From assembly GCF_004010195.1 (NCBI RefSeq), contig NC_057718.1, positions 18,135,728 through 18,199,727 of the forward strand: a DNA stretch of 64,000 bases, in the 5' to 3' direction. The DNA comes from Chiloscyllium plagiosum (Eukaryota). Positions 12,505 to 24,980 of this stretch are shown here, in pieces. A model generated the notes under the pieces. The model was not told the origin of the DNA, made no database searches, and saw nothing but the letters and a program-made list of their open reading frames with translations. How positions within the stretch are numbered: position 1 is the first letter of the stretch; every line of letters begins with the position of its first letter. The position numbers were made by a program, and so were the translations under genes.

Positions 12505-12798
12505 CAATTGTGATTAGCACTGCTGCCTCACAGCACCAGGGTGCTGGGTTCGACTCCCACCAGTCTGTGTGGAATTTGCACATTCTCCCTGTCTCTGTGT
12601 GGGTTTCCTCCAGGTGCTCCGGTTTCCTCCCACAATCCAAAGATATGCGGGTCAGGTGAATTGGCCTTGCTAAATTGCCCACAATGTTAGGTGCGTTAGT
12701 CAGGGGTAAGTATAGGATAGGGGATGGGTTTCTCTTTGGAGGGCGGTGTGGACTTATTGGGCCGAAGGGCCTGTTTCCACATTGTAGCGAATCTAATT
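12505..12798 (+). mobile_element. HE1-like SINE
   Basis: TTAGCACTGCTGCCTCACAGC, GGTTCGACTCC, shared core and tail. Confidence 0.9.
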
Positions 12799-12945
12799 GC
12801 TGGCAACACTCAGCAGGTCTGGCAGCATATGTGGGGAGAGGTCAGGTTTCGAGTCCAGTGACTCTTCATCAGGACCGTTGATGGGTTTGGCCAACAATTT
12901 CTGTCTTTGTTTCAGATCTCCATAATCTGCAATTTTTTGTTTCCT
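12799..12945 (-). mobile_element. PLE-derived mini-element (family C) with hammerhead motif
   Basis: Minus strand 12873-12841 reads CTGATGA-A-GAGTC-ACTG-GACTC-GAAAC, with a perfect stem II. Confidence 0.65.
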
Positions 12946-13174
12946 GTGTATTATTGAGGTATGATTTGAGTCTGATCAGGTTGACTGATGCCCTGAATGT
13001 GCTGCTCCTATTCTCATGCTGAAATGTTCTCATCAGTTAACAAATACAATATGGTTGTGCAGAACAGCTATTCTGTTGGAAATTGTTTCTGAAATTACAC
13101 TTTTAAAAAAAAAACTAATTTCCTCCAAGGGAACAGCTGTAAACTGACTGAAACTGACATAAATGGACCATTAG

Positions 13175-13545
13175 GAGATGGTGGAGTAGAGGTAATGTCA
13201 CTGCACCTGCAATCCCAAGGTGTCGTCTAATTCCCTGGAGCACAAGTTCATTGGTAGATTTCCAACTCGGTGAACTAATTTGAAATTGAAAGCTCATCTT
13301 AGTAATGGTGAGCATGGAACTGTCCTCAATTGTAAAATAGATTATCTGGTTTACTAATCCTTGGTAGGGCAGGAACTCTTCTGCTGAACTGGCTCACAAT
13401 CTGACTCCAGACGCACAGCAGCTGCCCTTTGTGTGCCATTTGAAATGCCACTCTGTTCAAGTTTTGCCATCAGCTTCCCGAGGGGTGGCCACCAAATGCT
13501 AGCTTTGCCAGTGACATTCACATCCTGTAAAGCAATTTTTTTTTT
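13175..13545 (+). mobile_element. Decayed family-2 SINE
   Basis: TCTGGTTTACTAATCC body and CCAAATGCTAGCTTTGCCAGTGACATTCACATCCTGT tail resemble 1294-1612. Confidence 0.6.
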
Positions 13546-13564
13546 AAATCTCTGAACCACCAGA

Positions 13565-14268
13565 GGGGCAGCATGGTGGCACAGTGGTTAGCACTGCTGC
13601 CTCACAGTGCCAGGGACCCAGGTTTGATTCCTGCCTTGGGTGCCTGTCAGAGAATATAGAACATAGAACGATACAGTGCAGAACAGGCCCTTCGACCCTC
13701 GATGTTGCGCCGACCTGTGAACTATTTCTCAGCTCGACCCCCTACACTATCCATCATCATCCATGTGCTTATCTAAGGATTGTTTATATCTCCCTAATGT
13801 GGCTGAGTTGACTACATTAGCAGGGAGGGCATTCCACACCCTTACCACTCTCTGTGTAAAGAACCTGCCTCTGACATCTGTCTTAAATCTATCACCCCTC
13901 AATTTGTAGTTACGCCCCTTCGTACAAGCTGACGTCATCATTCTAGGACAAAGACTTTCACTGTCTACCCTATCTCATCCTCTGATCATCTTGTATGCCT
14001 CTATCAAATCCCCTCTTAGCCTTCTTCTTTCCAATGTCTGTGTGGAGTTTGCACATTCTCCCCATTTCTGCGTGGGTATCCTCCAGGTGCTCCGGTTTCC
14101 TCCCACAATCTGAAGATGTGCAGGTTAGATGAATTGGTCATGCTAAATTGCCCATAGTCAGGGGTGAATATGGGGAATGGGTCTGGGTGGGTTACTCTCC
14201 GGAGGGTCGGTTGGACTTGTTGGGCCGAAGGGCCTGTTTCCATACTTTAGGGAATCTAATCTCATCTA
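13565..14268 (+). mobile_element. HE1-like SINE split by an antisense CR1 fragment
   Basis: Head at 13565-13648, body resumes at 14035; TGTC is duplicated at the junctions. Confidence 0.9.
13649..14034 (-). mobile_element. CR1/HER1 3' fragment inserted in the SINE
   Basis: ORF GRFFTQRVVRVWNALP; (TTCTATG)-type tail on the minus strand. Confidence 0.9.
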
Positions 14269-15677
14269 AGGAGAGCAGGAGCTGTTACGTTGCTCATTAT
14301 TCTCCCAGAGCTCCTTTATTTACCAAAAGATCTCAAACGGTTAACCAGCACGAGTGCAGAGTAATCAACATGTAAAGGAATGCTACAAGAATGTCAGGTG
14401 GAAGATTGCCAGTTCCTGAGTTGTATTCTTAACTATTATAATTGTAACATTAGAGTTTACAGGAACCACATCACTTTCCCATAATTGTTTTTTACAGTTA
14501 GCACATTCGAGAGCATGTTTTGAAACAGTTGAAGGGAGCTGTCTATCTCTTTTCCTCCACGTCCTGCACTTTAATCACAGGGTTATTTCGACACATAGGG
14601 CTGCAGCCACTTGCTTTCAGAAAGTGATATGGCACTTTGATCGAAAACAGAATGGTATTTTAATTTACACTAATTTGATACAGAGTTTTCTGTTTGCCCC
14701 CGCATGACCAGCATTGCTCAAAGGCAGCCGAAAGCCTACTTGGTTGCCAAGGCTCCAACCAGAGGAATGTTTATAATATTTCAAGCATCTAGTAGGTGGA
14801 GTGAGAAGATTGTGTGGCGTGTAATGACTGGCTTAATGAATTAAAAAAGTCTGAAAAGCAAGCATGACTTCACTCTCTGCAGACTGAGGATCAGAGACTT
14901 GTTGAGACACACGTTGAGAAATACTTGGAACTAGGGGAGGGAGAAAGAGGGGAAAAACAGTGGCTTTTTTAACCCTTTGAGAGTTACCTTGAATACATTT
15001 GTCATTCCCAGAATTCACATTTTTTTTATTAATGTTCATCAAGTTTATCACATCCATTGCAAGTTGCTGTCCTGAGAACTTTGAATTAAACTGGCTAAGA
15101 TCTCCTTCAACTACTCCCCCTTCACCTCCCAACCTCTCAATACCACTTCTTTCCTCTTTTGTTGTTTAAGGTAATCGTTGTGAAGGGGGTAATGCTTATG
15201 TTATCTTGGATTCACTGAATCGATGGATATCACACATGGTCTGAGAGAGGAGACAAGGTGGTCCACTCTTATTTCTTTATTTCCTTTTTTGTTAATGCTA
15301 CATGAAGAGTGACTGAATTGTTTAGCTTTTAACTTTGTTTCTTATTTCTTTGTACCTATGTATTTGTACCTAAGATGGGACAGTGTGTGGTGGCATTGAT
15401 AACTTTTCACTCTGTGCGTGTAGTTTTGTACTTGAGTACACGTGACAATAAAGTCTAAAATTTTTAAAAGTCTATCTTTTGGAAGGAGTAGATGTATCTG
15501 TACCAGCCCCTTTAATGGTCCAGTATTTATGTCTGACCAATTATCAATTCGTTGTATTTGTTGCTATCGTGCAATAAATCTTGGTGCTGTCTAAGACCAG
15601 CGTGTCTTCAGTAGCTACTTAAAGATGGTGTGTTGTAGCCTAACCTCTACCTGGGTCCAAAACAAAGGAGGATTAGT

Positions 15678-15830
15678 GAGTTTTGAGAACATTTGTAGGT
15701 CAGGTTGAGGTTCTTGATATAGGTTTGTTCACTGAGCTGGAAGGTTCATTTTCAGACATTTCATCACCATAGTAGATAACATCTTCAGTGAGCCTCTGAA
15801 TGAAGCACTGCTGATGATTCTTGCTTTCTA
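15678..15830 (-). mobile_element. Penelope (family D) terminal fragment with hammerhead motif
   Basis: Minus strand TCA-CTGAAGA-TGTTATCTACTATGGTGAT-GAAATGTC-TGA...CTTCCAGCTC...CTACAAAT is homologous to 56431-56545. Confidence 0.7.
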
Positions 15831-15834
15831 TTGG

Positions 15835-17295
15835 CCATGGGGATAGGGTGGCATTGGGGATAGGGTGGCATTGGGGATAGGGTGGCATTGATAGTATGGC
15901 AGTGTTGGGGGTAGGGTAGCGTTGGGGATAGTGTGGCGTGGCGGGATAGGGTGGCATTGGGGATAGGGTGGCATTGATAGTATGGCAGTGTTGGGGGTAG
16001 GGTAGCGTTGGGGATAGTGTGGCGTGGCGGGATAGGGTGGCATTGGGGATAGGGTGGCATTGATAGTATGGCAGTGTTGGGGGTAGGGTAGCGTTGGGGA
16101 TAGTGTGGCGTGGCGGGATAGGGTGGCATTGGGGATAGGGTGGCATTGATAGTATGGCAGTGTTGGGGGTAGGGTAGCGTTGGGGATAGTGTGGCGTGGC
16201 GGGATAGGGTGGCATTGGGGATAGGGTGGCATTGATAGTATGGCAGTGTTGGGGGTAGGGTAGCGTTGGGGATAGTGTGGCGTGGCGGGATAGGGTGGCA
16301 TTGGGGATAGGGTGGCATTGATAGTATGGCAGTGTTGGGGGTAGGGTAGCGTTGGGGATAGTGTGGCGTGGCGGGATAGGGTGGCATTGGGGATAGGGTG
16401 GCATTGATAGTACGGCAGTGTTGGGGGTANNNNNNNNNNNNNNNNNNNNNNNNNNNNNNNNNNNNNNNNNNNNNNNNNNNNNNNNNNNNNNNNNNNNNNN
16501 NNNNNNNNNNNNNNNNNNNNNNNNNNNNNNNNNNNNNNNNNNNNNNNNNNNNNNNNNNNNNNNNNNNNNNNNNNNNNNNNNNNNNNNNNNNNNNNNNNNN
16601 NNNNNNNNNNNNNNNNNNNNNNNNNNNNNNNNNNNNNNNNNNNNNNNNNNNNNNNNNNNNNNNNNNNNNNNNNNNNNNNNNNNNNNNNNNNNNNNNNNNN
16701 NNNNNNNNNNNNNNNNNNNNNNNNNNNNNNNNNNNNNNNNNNNNNNNNNNNNNNNNNNNNNNNNNNNNNNNNNNNNNNNNNNNNNNNNNNNNNNNNNNNN
16801 NNNNNNNNNNNNNNNNNNNNNNNNNNNNNNNNNNNNNNNNNNNNNNNNNNNNNNNNNNNNNNNNNNNNNNNNNNNNNNNNNNNNNNNNNNNNNNNNNNNN
16901 NNNNNNNNNNNNNNNNNNNNNNNNNNNNNNNNNNNNNNNNNNNNNNNNNNNNNNNNNNNNNNNNNNNNNNNNNNNNNNNNNNNNNNNNNNNNNNNNNNNN
17001 NNNNNNNNNNNNNNNNNNNNNNNNNNNNNNNNNNNNNNNNNNNNNNNNNNNNNNNNNNNNNNNNNNNNNNNNNNNNNNNNNNNNNNNNNNNNNNNNNNNN
17101 NNNNNNNNNNNNNNNNNGGGTAGGGTGGTGTTAGGAATAGGGTGGCATTGAGTGTAAGGTGGTTTTGGGGGATAGGGTGGTATTTGGGGTGGGGTGGCAT
17201 CGGGAGTAGGATGGCATTGGGTGATGTTGAGGATAGGGTGGCATTGGGGGATAGGGTGGCATTCAGGGTAGGGTGGCATTGGGGATAGGGTGGGT
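15835..17295. repeat. G-rich minisatellite, 86-bp higher-order unit built from 17-bp GGCATTGGGGATAGGGT monomers; spans N gap 16430-17117
   Basis: GCATTGATAGT recurs at 15885, 15971, 16057 and onward (period 86); diverged 17-mers lie after the gap. Confidence 0.95.
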
Positions 17296-17379
17296 GTTGA
17301 TGGCAGGAGGTCTGCAGTTACAGAGCCAGGAGACCAGTGGAAATCTCTGTGGAATATCAAGGCCTCACAGTAAAGTAAA

Positions 17380-17668
17380 AGCAAAATTCTTCAGATGCTG
17401 GAGATCTGAAACAAACACAGAGAATGTTGGAGAAACTCAGCAGGTCTGGCAGTATGTTTGGAGAGAGAAAAACAGAGGTAATATTTCGAATCTGAATGAC
17501 TCTTCTTGAACATGGAAGCCGTGTAAAATAATGGTGGACAAGGTAAAATTATTATTTTCAGTCCTTTTCAGTTCCGAAGAAGAATCATGCTGTATTTGAA
17601 ATGTTAACCGTGTTCCTCTCTCCACACATGCTGCCGGCATTCGGCAGCATTCTGTCTACTTATTTTAG
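17380..17668. mobile_element. Decayed palindromic mini-element (family C)
   Basis: GATGCTGGAGATCTGAAAC...CAGCAGGTCTGGCAG arm opposite a GTT-CCGAAGA...GAAATGTT-AAC...TGCTGCC arm. Confidence 0.6.
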
Positions 17669-17969
17669 GATACAGGTAATTTGGATAAGGTACTGGAAAC
17701 AAAATGTAACTGAAATATTTAACAAGCAAGTTAGAAAGGAAAACAAATTAGCTGCTTCACCTACCTGTTAGTCATATTTCCATTCCTATAGTTATCAGCT
17801 TTAGTCTAATTGTACCCCTGTGAGGTGCTGTACACATCGAAGGTGGGATATAAATGCATATTGTTGTTGTTGACATCGCGAAAAACTGAAACTGCATTTT
17901 TATTCACTCCCTTCAGGCTGGACGGACGCAGCAAAGACAACAAATCACAGAGCTGTTACAGAACAGAGG

Positions 17970-18502
17970 GAAGTGTGCAATTCTGGTCTCCTTCTCATCA
18001 AAACAATGTTGTAAAATTTGAAAAGGTCCAGAAAAGATTTACAAGGATGTTACCAGGGTTGGAGGGTTAGAGCTATAGGGAGAGGCTGAATAAGCTGAGG
18101 ATTTTTCTTCCCTGGAGCGTCGGAGTATGAGGGGTGACGTTATAGAGGTTTATAAAATCATAAGAGGCATCATAGGATAAATAGACAAGATCTTTTCTCT
18201 GGGGTCAGGGAGCCCAGAACTAGAGGGCAAAACTTTAGGGTGAGAGGGGAAAGATTTAAAAGGGACCTAAGGGGCAACTTTTTCACGCAGAGGGTGGTGC
18301 ATGTATGGAAGGAGCTGCCAGAGGAAGTGGTGGAGCTGGTACAATTACAACATTTAAAAGGCATCTGGATGGGTTGTGAATAGAAAGGGTTTAGAGGAAT
18401 ATGGGTCAAGTGCTGGTAAATTGGATTAGATTAATTTAAGGTATCTGGTCAGCATGGACATGTTGGCCTGAAGGATCATACTGCATAGCTCTATGACTCT
18501 AT
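17970..18502 (+). mobile_element. HER1/CR1 LINE 3' fragment
   Basis: VQFWSP...EKVQKRFTRMLPGLEG; CTCTATGACTCTAT tail. Confidence 0.9.
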
Positions 18503-18689
18503 AATTTACTAAGGATTAGGCACTCTGGAGTAGGCAAACAGAAACTCTTCCTGTATAGGCCCTTTTGCACCTTAAACTGGGAATCCTTTGAACATATTGT
18601 TAGGTTTCCATTGCCAGTTGGTGTTTGTGAGGAGGGTAGTCTTGGTTTCGTCTGGTGGTCAAGCCATGCTGTTCACAAGGCTGGGTGCA

Positions 18690-18915
18690 AACAATCCCAG
18701 GGCACTGTTTAACGAAGAATTGGGAGTTGCCTCTGGTATTCTGGTCAGTATTTACCCTTCAACCATCCTCACAAAAACAGATGAGCTGGTTTGTTATCTT
18801 ACTGTGGGACATTGCTGGGCATGTACCATCTGCCATCTTTGTTGCATCGTAATAATGACGGCACTGATTGTAAATGAGTGCTGTGAGGTCATTTGAATGT
18901 TCAATATAAATGAAT
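18690..18915 (+). mobile_element. Decayed Deu-domain SINE
   Basis: CCCAGGGCACTGTTT..GAAGA..GGGAGTT..CTGGTCAGTATTTACCCTTCAACC..CACAAAAACAGAT. Confidence 0.55.
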
Positions 18916-18984
18916 ACATACATCTGTCAGTGATTGTCTTTGAGCTACACTTGTTTTCTGTTGAAATTAGAGAATAGGAACTGG

Positions 18985-19185
18985 ATGGAGCAAATTACTG
19001 CAGATGCTGGAATCTGTACTGAAAACAACATGCTGGAGATCACAGTGGGTCAGACAGTATCCATGGAGAGAGACCATGCTAACATGCTGATGAGCTCTGA
19101 TGAACAGTCATCTACACTCGAAAAGTTAGCTTGCTCTCTCTCCACAGATGACCCACTGTGATCTCCAGCATTTGTTGTTTTCGAT
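18985..19185. mobile_element. Palindromic PLE-derived mini-element with hammerhead motif
   Basis: ATGCTGGAGATCACAGTGGGTCA is inverted relative to TGACCCACTGTGATCTCCAGCAT; GCT-CTGATGA(19097)...GAAAAGTT-AGC. Confidence 0.75.
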
Positions 19186-19424
19186 CAGGATAGACACTGG
19201 AAGGCTTCCAGTGTTCACTGGTAGCATGGACAAGGGAAACACAACCCAGGTTTTGGAATATGGAATGAAAGCCATGCACCAGTTCATAATGTAGGCAAGG
19301 AAACCATTGTGACAGGGAATCTTTACAAATAGTGCTCTGTTTAAGACTTAGATCTGAGCCAGACCCTTGTTTTGACTTGGTCAAAGAGGGACAGGCCAGT
19401 TCCCCAACTCAGATTGAGCTCAAG

Positions 19425-19782
19425 GAGATCAGAATTGCATGCAGTATTCCAAAAGTGGCCCAACCAATGCCGTGTACTCAGTGCAGTGATCAATAAAGGC
19501 AAGCATATCAACCACCTTCTTCATTATCCTGTCTACCTGTGACTCCACTTTCAAGGAACGATGAATCTTCACTCCAAGATCCCTTCATTTAGCAACACTC
19601 CCCAGGACCTTATCGGTAAGTGTATAAGTCCTGTCCTGATTTGCCTTTCCAAAATGCAGCATCTCACATTTATCTAGATTAAATTCCATCTGCCACTCCT
19701 TGGCCTATTGACCCATCTGATCAAGGTCCTGTTGTACTCTGAGGTAACCTTCTTCACTGTCCATTACATCACCAATTTTGGA
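19425..19782 (-). mobile_element. HER1/CR1 RT fragment
   Basis: Close match to 32960-33230 (CTACCTGTGACTCCACTTTCAAGG, CCAAAATGCAGCA). Confidence 0.85.
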
Positions 19783-19891
19783 GTTATAATGCTATCAAAA
19801 TAGAGCTCAGCAACAGACATGTAACTGGAACACAGGCATGCTCCTCCTAGGAACAACCCATTTCATGCTGATGGGCAGGACTTACTTCATA

Positions 19892-20212
19892 ATTAGATTA
19901 GATTAGATTACATTACAGTGTGGAAACAGGCCCTTCGGCCCAATAAGTCCACACCGACCCGCCGAAGCGAAATCCACCCATACCCCTATATTTACCCCTT
20001 ACCTAACACTACGGGCAATTTAGCATGGCCAATTCACCTGACCCTGCACATCTTTTGGACTGTGGGAGGAAACCGGAGCACCCGGAGGAAACCCACGCGT
20101 TCACGGGGAGAACGTGCAAACTCCACACAGTCAGTCGCCTGAGGCGGGAATTGAACCCGGGTCTCAGGCGCTGTGAGGCAGCAGTGCTAACCACTGTGCC
20201 ACCGTGCCGCCC
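19892..20212 (-). mobile_element. Young full-length HE1-like SINE
   Basis: CpG-rich; GGGCGGCACGGTGGCACAGTGG head on the minus strand; (TCTAA)n tail. Confidence 0.95.
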
Positions 20213-21371
20213 ACTGTGGTGAGGCTGGGGGTATGTAACTCAATTGGTCGCTGGCCTATAAGGGTGATAGGTGAGGGTGGAGGGATGGGGAGGCCTTTCT
20301 TCCTGGCCTGGGTATGGGTGCTTTGCAGAGGGATTCCACCTGCCTCTACAGTGATGGTTTCTTTGCTTTCTGTATATTTTAACTTACATTTTTGAACATG
20401 CAGCTGATGGGGAATCAAAATATATCAGGATCTAGAAATAATCCTGGCTCAGGTTCCCTGCTCCTGAAATGGAAATTCAGCTGTAAGACCTGTTAGGCTT
20501 GAACTATGTAATGACTTGGGTCAAGCGAATGGAATTAGCCTCCATCCATAGCTGAAACCTAGAGGGAGGAGCTCTTGCTCTTGCACTTAGTTAAAGAGCA
20601 GAGCTCGATTACAGACACGCTGTGGAAGTGGTTTGAGGTACAGGTCGAACTTTGACAGAGAAATAGGAATGAGCACCTTTTCTCAACTTGGACTTGAACG
20701 GAAAGTATTTGGCTGATTAACTTCTTCATTTATTATCTCTGAGAGCTAATCTTGGTGGAAACATAAATTGAATCACAAATAACATTTCTAATTGTGTAAT
20801 CTCCAAAGTTTGTGTGAATTCCCAAAAGACTGATTGGAAAATTTTATTTTGAGTTATCACTTAGTTTTCTGTTTCTTTTTTAACTACAGTGGATACAAGA
20901 TAGAAAAGGAATGAAATACATTTGTTTGTTGGTAGAGGTTTGAATTTAACAATGAAACTCAACCTGTCTATTCTAGAGCCTAAAACTGTTTCTATAATGC
21001 TTTTCACATCTTACTGTTCACAGAAGCCGTGATCCATTTTAACCTTTAGATTCTCATTCATTGTATGAGGAGAAAGTAAGTCACTCCTGAGGAAGTAAAA
21101 ACTGATCTCCAATGTGATGAGTTAGTATTCCAATAATAACTACAATCCAACAAAAACTCACTGCAACTGAGTGTACAGAGAACCACCTACTAAATAGTCA
21201 ACACCATTAATTCATTATTATCAGAAGGACAGGAATAGAAGTGAACTTCATAACCCTTGCACCATGAAACTATATGATCTATAGTAACCCATTCACCTCC
21301 TAACCACCTGTTTTCCATGACTCATCCCATGACCTGGACAGAGGGCTGCACACTTGTTTAATTAGCATGCA

Positions 21372-22170
21372 TTTTTATTTTAATTCACTTGTGGGATGTG
21401 GGCTTTGATGACTGTCCAGAAATTCTTGCCCAATCCCTAGTTGCCCTTGAGAAGATGGTGGTGATCTGCCTTCTTGAACCACTGCAGCTCACTGTGGGTT
21501 GACCCACAATGCCATTTGGGAGTGAATCCCAGGATTTTGACCAAGTGACAGTGAAGGAATGGTGATATATTTCCATGTCAGGATATTAAATTGCTTGGAG
21601 GGGAACTGGCAGTTGGTGATGATCCCATGTATCTGCTGCCCTTGTCCTTCAAGATAGAAGTGGCCGTAGGTTTGGAAGGCGTAGTCTGAGGATCTTTGCT
21701 GCTACTGAGCGCTGGTGGCAGAGGGAGTGGATGCTTGTTGATGTGATGCCAATCAACTGGGCTGCTTTGTCCTGGATGGTGCAAGTTGTTTGAGTGCTTT
21801 TGGAGCCGCACTCATCCAGGTAAGTGGAGAATATTCCATCAGATTCCTGGTTGTGCTTTGTCGATGGTGGCTTTGGGGAGTCAGGATGTGTGTTACTCGC
21901 TGCAGTATTCCTAGCCTCTGATCTGCTCTTGTATGTGATTAGTCCAGTTAAGTTTCTCATCAATGATAGCCCCCAGGATGTTGACACTAGGGGATTCAGT
22001 GATGGTAACACCATTTAATGTCAAGGGGCAGTGGTTAGATTGTCTCTTATTGGTGATGGTCATAGCCAGGCATTTGTATGACATGAATGTTACTTGCCAC
22101 TTGTCAGCTGAAGCCTGGATATTGTCCAGATCTTGTTATATTTAAACATGGATTGCTTCAGTATCACAGG
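21372..22170 (-). mobile_element. LINE family 2, 3' region
   Basis: Colinear with 46630-47670 and 512-1040; same tail. Confidence 0.8.
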
Positions 22171-22854
22171 AATGGCTTCCAACGCAATGTTAAAAGAGTA
22201 CAAAATCCAGCCTCTAGTACATTTGTTTATCTAATCATTGCTGCAACTCCTTTGTGTTAGTGCAGAATTCATTAGCTTTGGAGACAGAACAATACCCGGT
22301 CTAGGGCACTTAATCTTATTGTATGTGTCAACTTAACAGTTTCATACAGATGTCCAAATAAGTCCGTGCTTGAAGACAATGCTATAACTGAACTCACGGT
22401 TCTATCACGCGTCTCAATAAATCTACACTTACACAGGTAAGTCTGTCTTTGCTCAAATATGTAATCTTTCCTTAAAACCAGTTCTCTGGTCACCTCTACT
22501 ATTTCAACTAAACTGAAACAAAGTATTACTGATGTCCTTCCCTCAAAGTAATAACTTATGCTGTGGGTGTTTCACATTCAGCTCAGCTCATTGAGGAAAT
22601 CTTAACAAGTGATGCCAGTGAATATTTCTGTGTGTTTGAAATGGAGAGAGTGGTCTTGCAGTCTCACCTGATATAAATGCTCCTTATGTTATAGAGCAGG
22701 ACAAAATTTAGATCAGTATCCACCATCTGTTATGCCCGCAATATCATACCAGGGACAACTGCACCACCACTCACCAATCTGATTAAAACACTGACCTGTG
22801 AATTTAGGGATTCAGCCAAGATCTATGTGCTATTATGGGCCTCAGTTTACAGAT

Positions 22855-23300
22855 AATGCTACAAATCACATAAATGTCAGGCAATGACCATCTCTAGTAA
22901 GAGATATCTGATCAGCGCCCCTTGACATTCAATGGTGCTATCATCACTGAATCCCCACTCTCAACATCCTGGAGGTTACCATTGACAGGAAACTCAACTG
23001 GACTCACCATATAAACAGACTGGAGCAGGTCAAAGGCTGGGAATACTGATTCCCCAAAACCAGTCCACCACCTACAAGGCTCAAGGAATGTGATAAAATA
23101 TTTCCAACTTGCCTGGATGAGTGCAACTCCAACAGCACATAAGAAGTTTGACACCATCCAGGTTAGAATGACCCACTTGATTGGCACTATATCCACAAGC
23201 ATCCACTCCCTCTAACATCGATGTTCAGTAGCAGTAGCATGTACAAGATGCACGTAGAAATTCGGCAAAGATCCTTCGACAGTACCTTCCAAGCCCACTG
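22855..23300 (+). mobile_element. LINE family 2 fragment
   Basis: AATGTCAGGCAATGACCATCTC...GAAACTCAACTGGACT matches 46910-47045. Confidence 0.75.
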
Positions 23301-24009
23301 TCTCTAAATAATTCTAGCATTCAAAAACTGGGAATATTTCTTCATTAGCAATAAATTAATTCATGCCTGTGATTCATGCAAGGCTCATTACTGTGATACT
23401 ATAACTGCGAGGGACGTGAGCACTGAAATATCCTGAGTCTCCACGTCAAGTAATTGTTCAGAGATGGCGATACACTTTCTAACATTGGAGGATGAAACAG
23501 TCTGCTCTTTCAAACCACCCTCCCTTCATGGGCAGGGACAATCCCATTTAAGTTGGAAGTGATCTGAGTATCCTGCAACGGTCAGTATGCTTCACAATTC
23601 TATTGCTAAATCCCTTTCTCTGTATTTCACATTTTTCTGAAGTGAGCTATTTCCTGTTCCTCCAGCTTCTGATTTTGTCCATAGTTTAGGGACTAAACCA
23701 GCCATTAGGGTTCAGTAATCTTATCGCAGATAGGCCATTCACCTCTTACCAGCTTCTTAGTTGCTCAGAACCAGCTGGACCGTGGCAAAACAGCTGGCAT
23801 TATCTGGAGCTGCCATTAATCATTAAATTTAAGTTCAGTTTTGTTGTGGAGTTAAATAATAGCGTTTTTCAGCGGAATCAAAATGAATAGTTCTGAAATA
23901 GAGACTTGTGGGACATGAAATGTTAACTCCATTTTTCTCTCTACAGACCTGCCTGACCTGCTGAGTTTCTCCAGCATTTTCCAATCTCGGTTTTGAAACT
24001 AAATACTTC

Positions 24010-24465
24010 ATGCAAAATTTATGAGTACCTCACTTTAGAAGTTTGAAGTGTAAGAATAAGGGTAAACCATTCAGGACTGAGATGAGGATTCCTGATGAAG
24101 GGCTTTTGCCCAAAACACCGATTTTCCTGCTCCTCGGTTACTGCGCTTTTCCAGCGCCACTCTAATCTAGACTCTGATCTCCAGCATCTGCAGTCCTCAC
24201 TTCCACCATGAGGAAGAATGTCTTCACTCAGAGAGTTGGGAACCTGTGGAATTCTCTCCCACAGGAAGCTGTTGGGACTAGTTTGTTAGAAGAATTCAAG
24301 AGGGAGCTGGACATGGCCCTTGAGGCTAAAGGAACCAAGGAATATGGGGAGAAAGCCGGAGTGGGATACTAAGATTGCATGGTCAGCCATAATCATATTG
24401 AATGGTGATGCAGGTCTGAAGGGCTGAATGGCCTACTCCTGCATCTATTTTCTATGTTTCTATGC
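24010..24465 (+). mobile_element. CR1 3' end containing a PLE mini-insertion
   Basis: AGGACTGAGATGAGG | AAGAATGTCTTCACTCAGAG (RTEMRxNxFTQR); TTTCTATGTTTCTATG tail. Confidence 0.85.
24089..24207 (+). mobile_element. Single-arm family A PLE mini-element with 7-bp TSD
   Basis: Begins at the hammerhead motif (CTGATGA-AGGGCTTTTGCCC-AAAAC, G12 mutated); ATGAGGA at 24082-24088 and 24208-24214. Confidence 0.85.
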
Positions 24466-24634
24466 ATAGTGTCTCCCATACTGTTAAGATGCTCCAAAGT
24501 GGAACTTCTATGTGACGTATTGCGCAGTGTTTTCGAATTTCGTGATTTCATGCTGCACTAACAGTGAGTAAAGCTGTGGCTCAATAAGCAACATGTTCAC
24601 ATTGAATTGGAAAGTTGTAAAGTCATTTTCCATT

Positions 24635-24980
24635 CTAGACACTTCAACAGAAAAATGTAGGTTCGCACTGAGGGAGTGCTACATTGATCAGAGGTACTGT
24701 CTTTCAGATATGATGTGAAACTGACGTCCTGTTGGCCCACCCAAATGGATCTTTTAAAAATCCTGCTCTCTGTCCTGCAAAAGAGCAGCAGGTAGGGTGG
24801 AACTGAGGAACACAAGATCCCACTCCCCAGGGTCCTGGCCAGTATTTATCCGTCAGTTAATATTATCAAACAGGTTATCCCTGAATGACAATGTGGCTGT
24901 TTGTGGGATCTTGCTGTGCACAGATTGGTTGCTGCGTGTCCTACATCATGACAACGGCTTCACTTCAGGAAGCACTTTCT
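24635..24980 (+). mobile_element. Deu-domain SINE (SacSINE1/AmnSINE1-like)
   Basis: CACTGAGGGAGTGCT..GAGGTACTGTCTTTCAGAT..GTCCTGGCCAGTATTTATCC..GCTGTTTGTGGGATCTTGCTGTGC; matched from memory of the consensus. Confidence 0.7.

Noticed and set aside
15700..17384. Long Pro/His/Tyr-rich ORFs
   Set aside because: Translations of the G-rich minisatellite and the N gap, open in several frames.
19085..19105. C/D-box snoRNA-like TGATGA/CTGA motifs
   Set aside because: Explained by the hammerhead core CTGATGA within a repeat; no C-to-D box spacing or terminal stem.
20130..20212. tRNA gene
   Set aside because: The tRNA-like sequence is the head of an HE1 SINE and continues into SINE body and tail; the same applies to the other copies.
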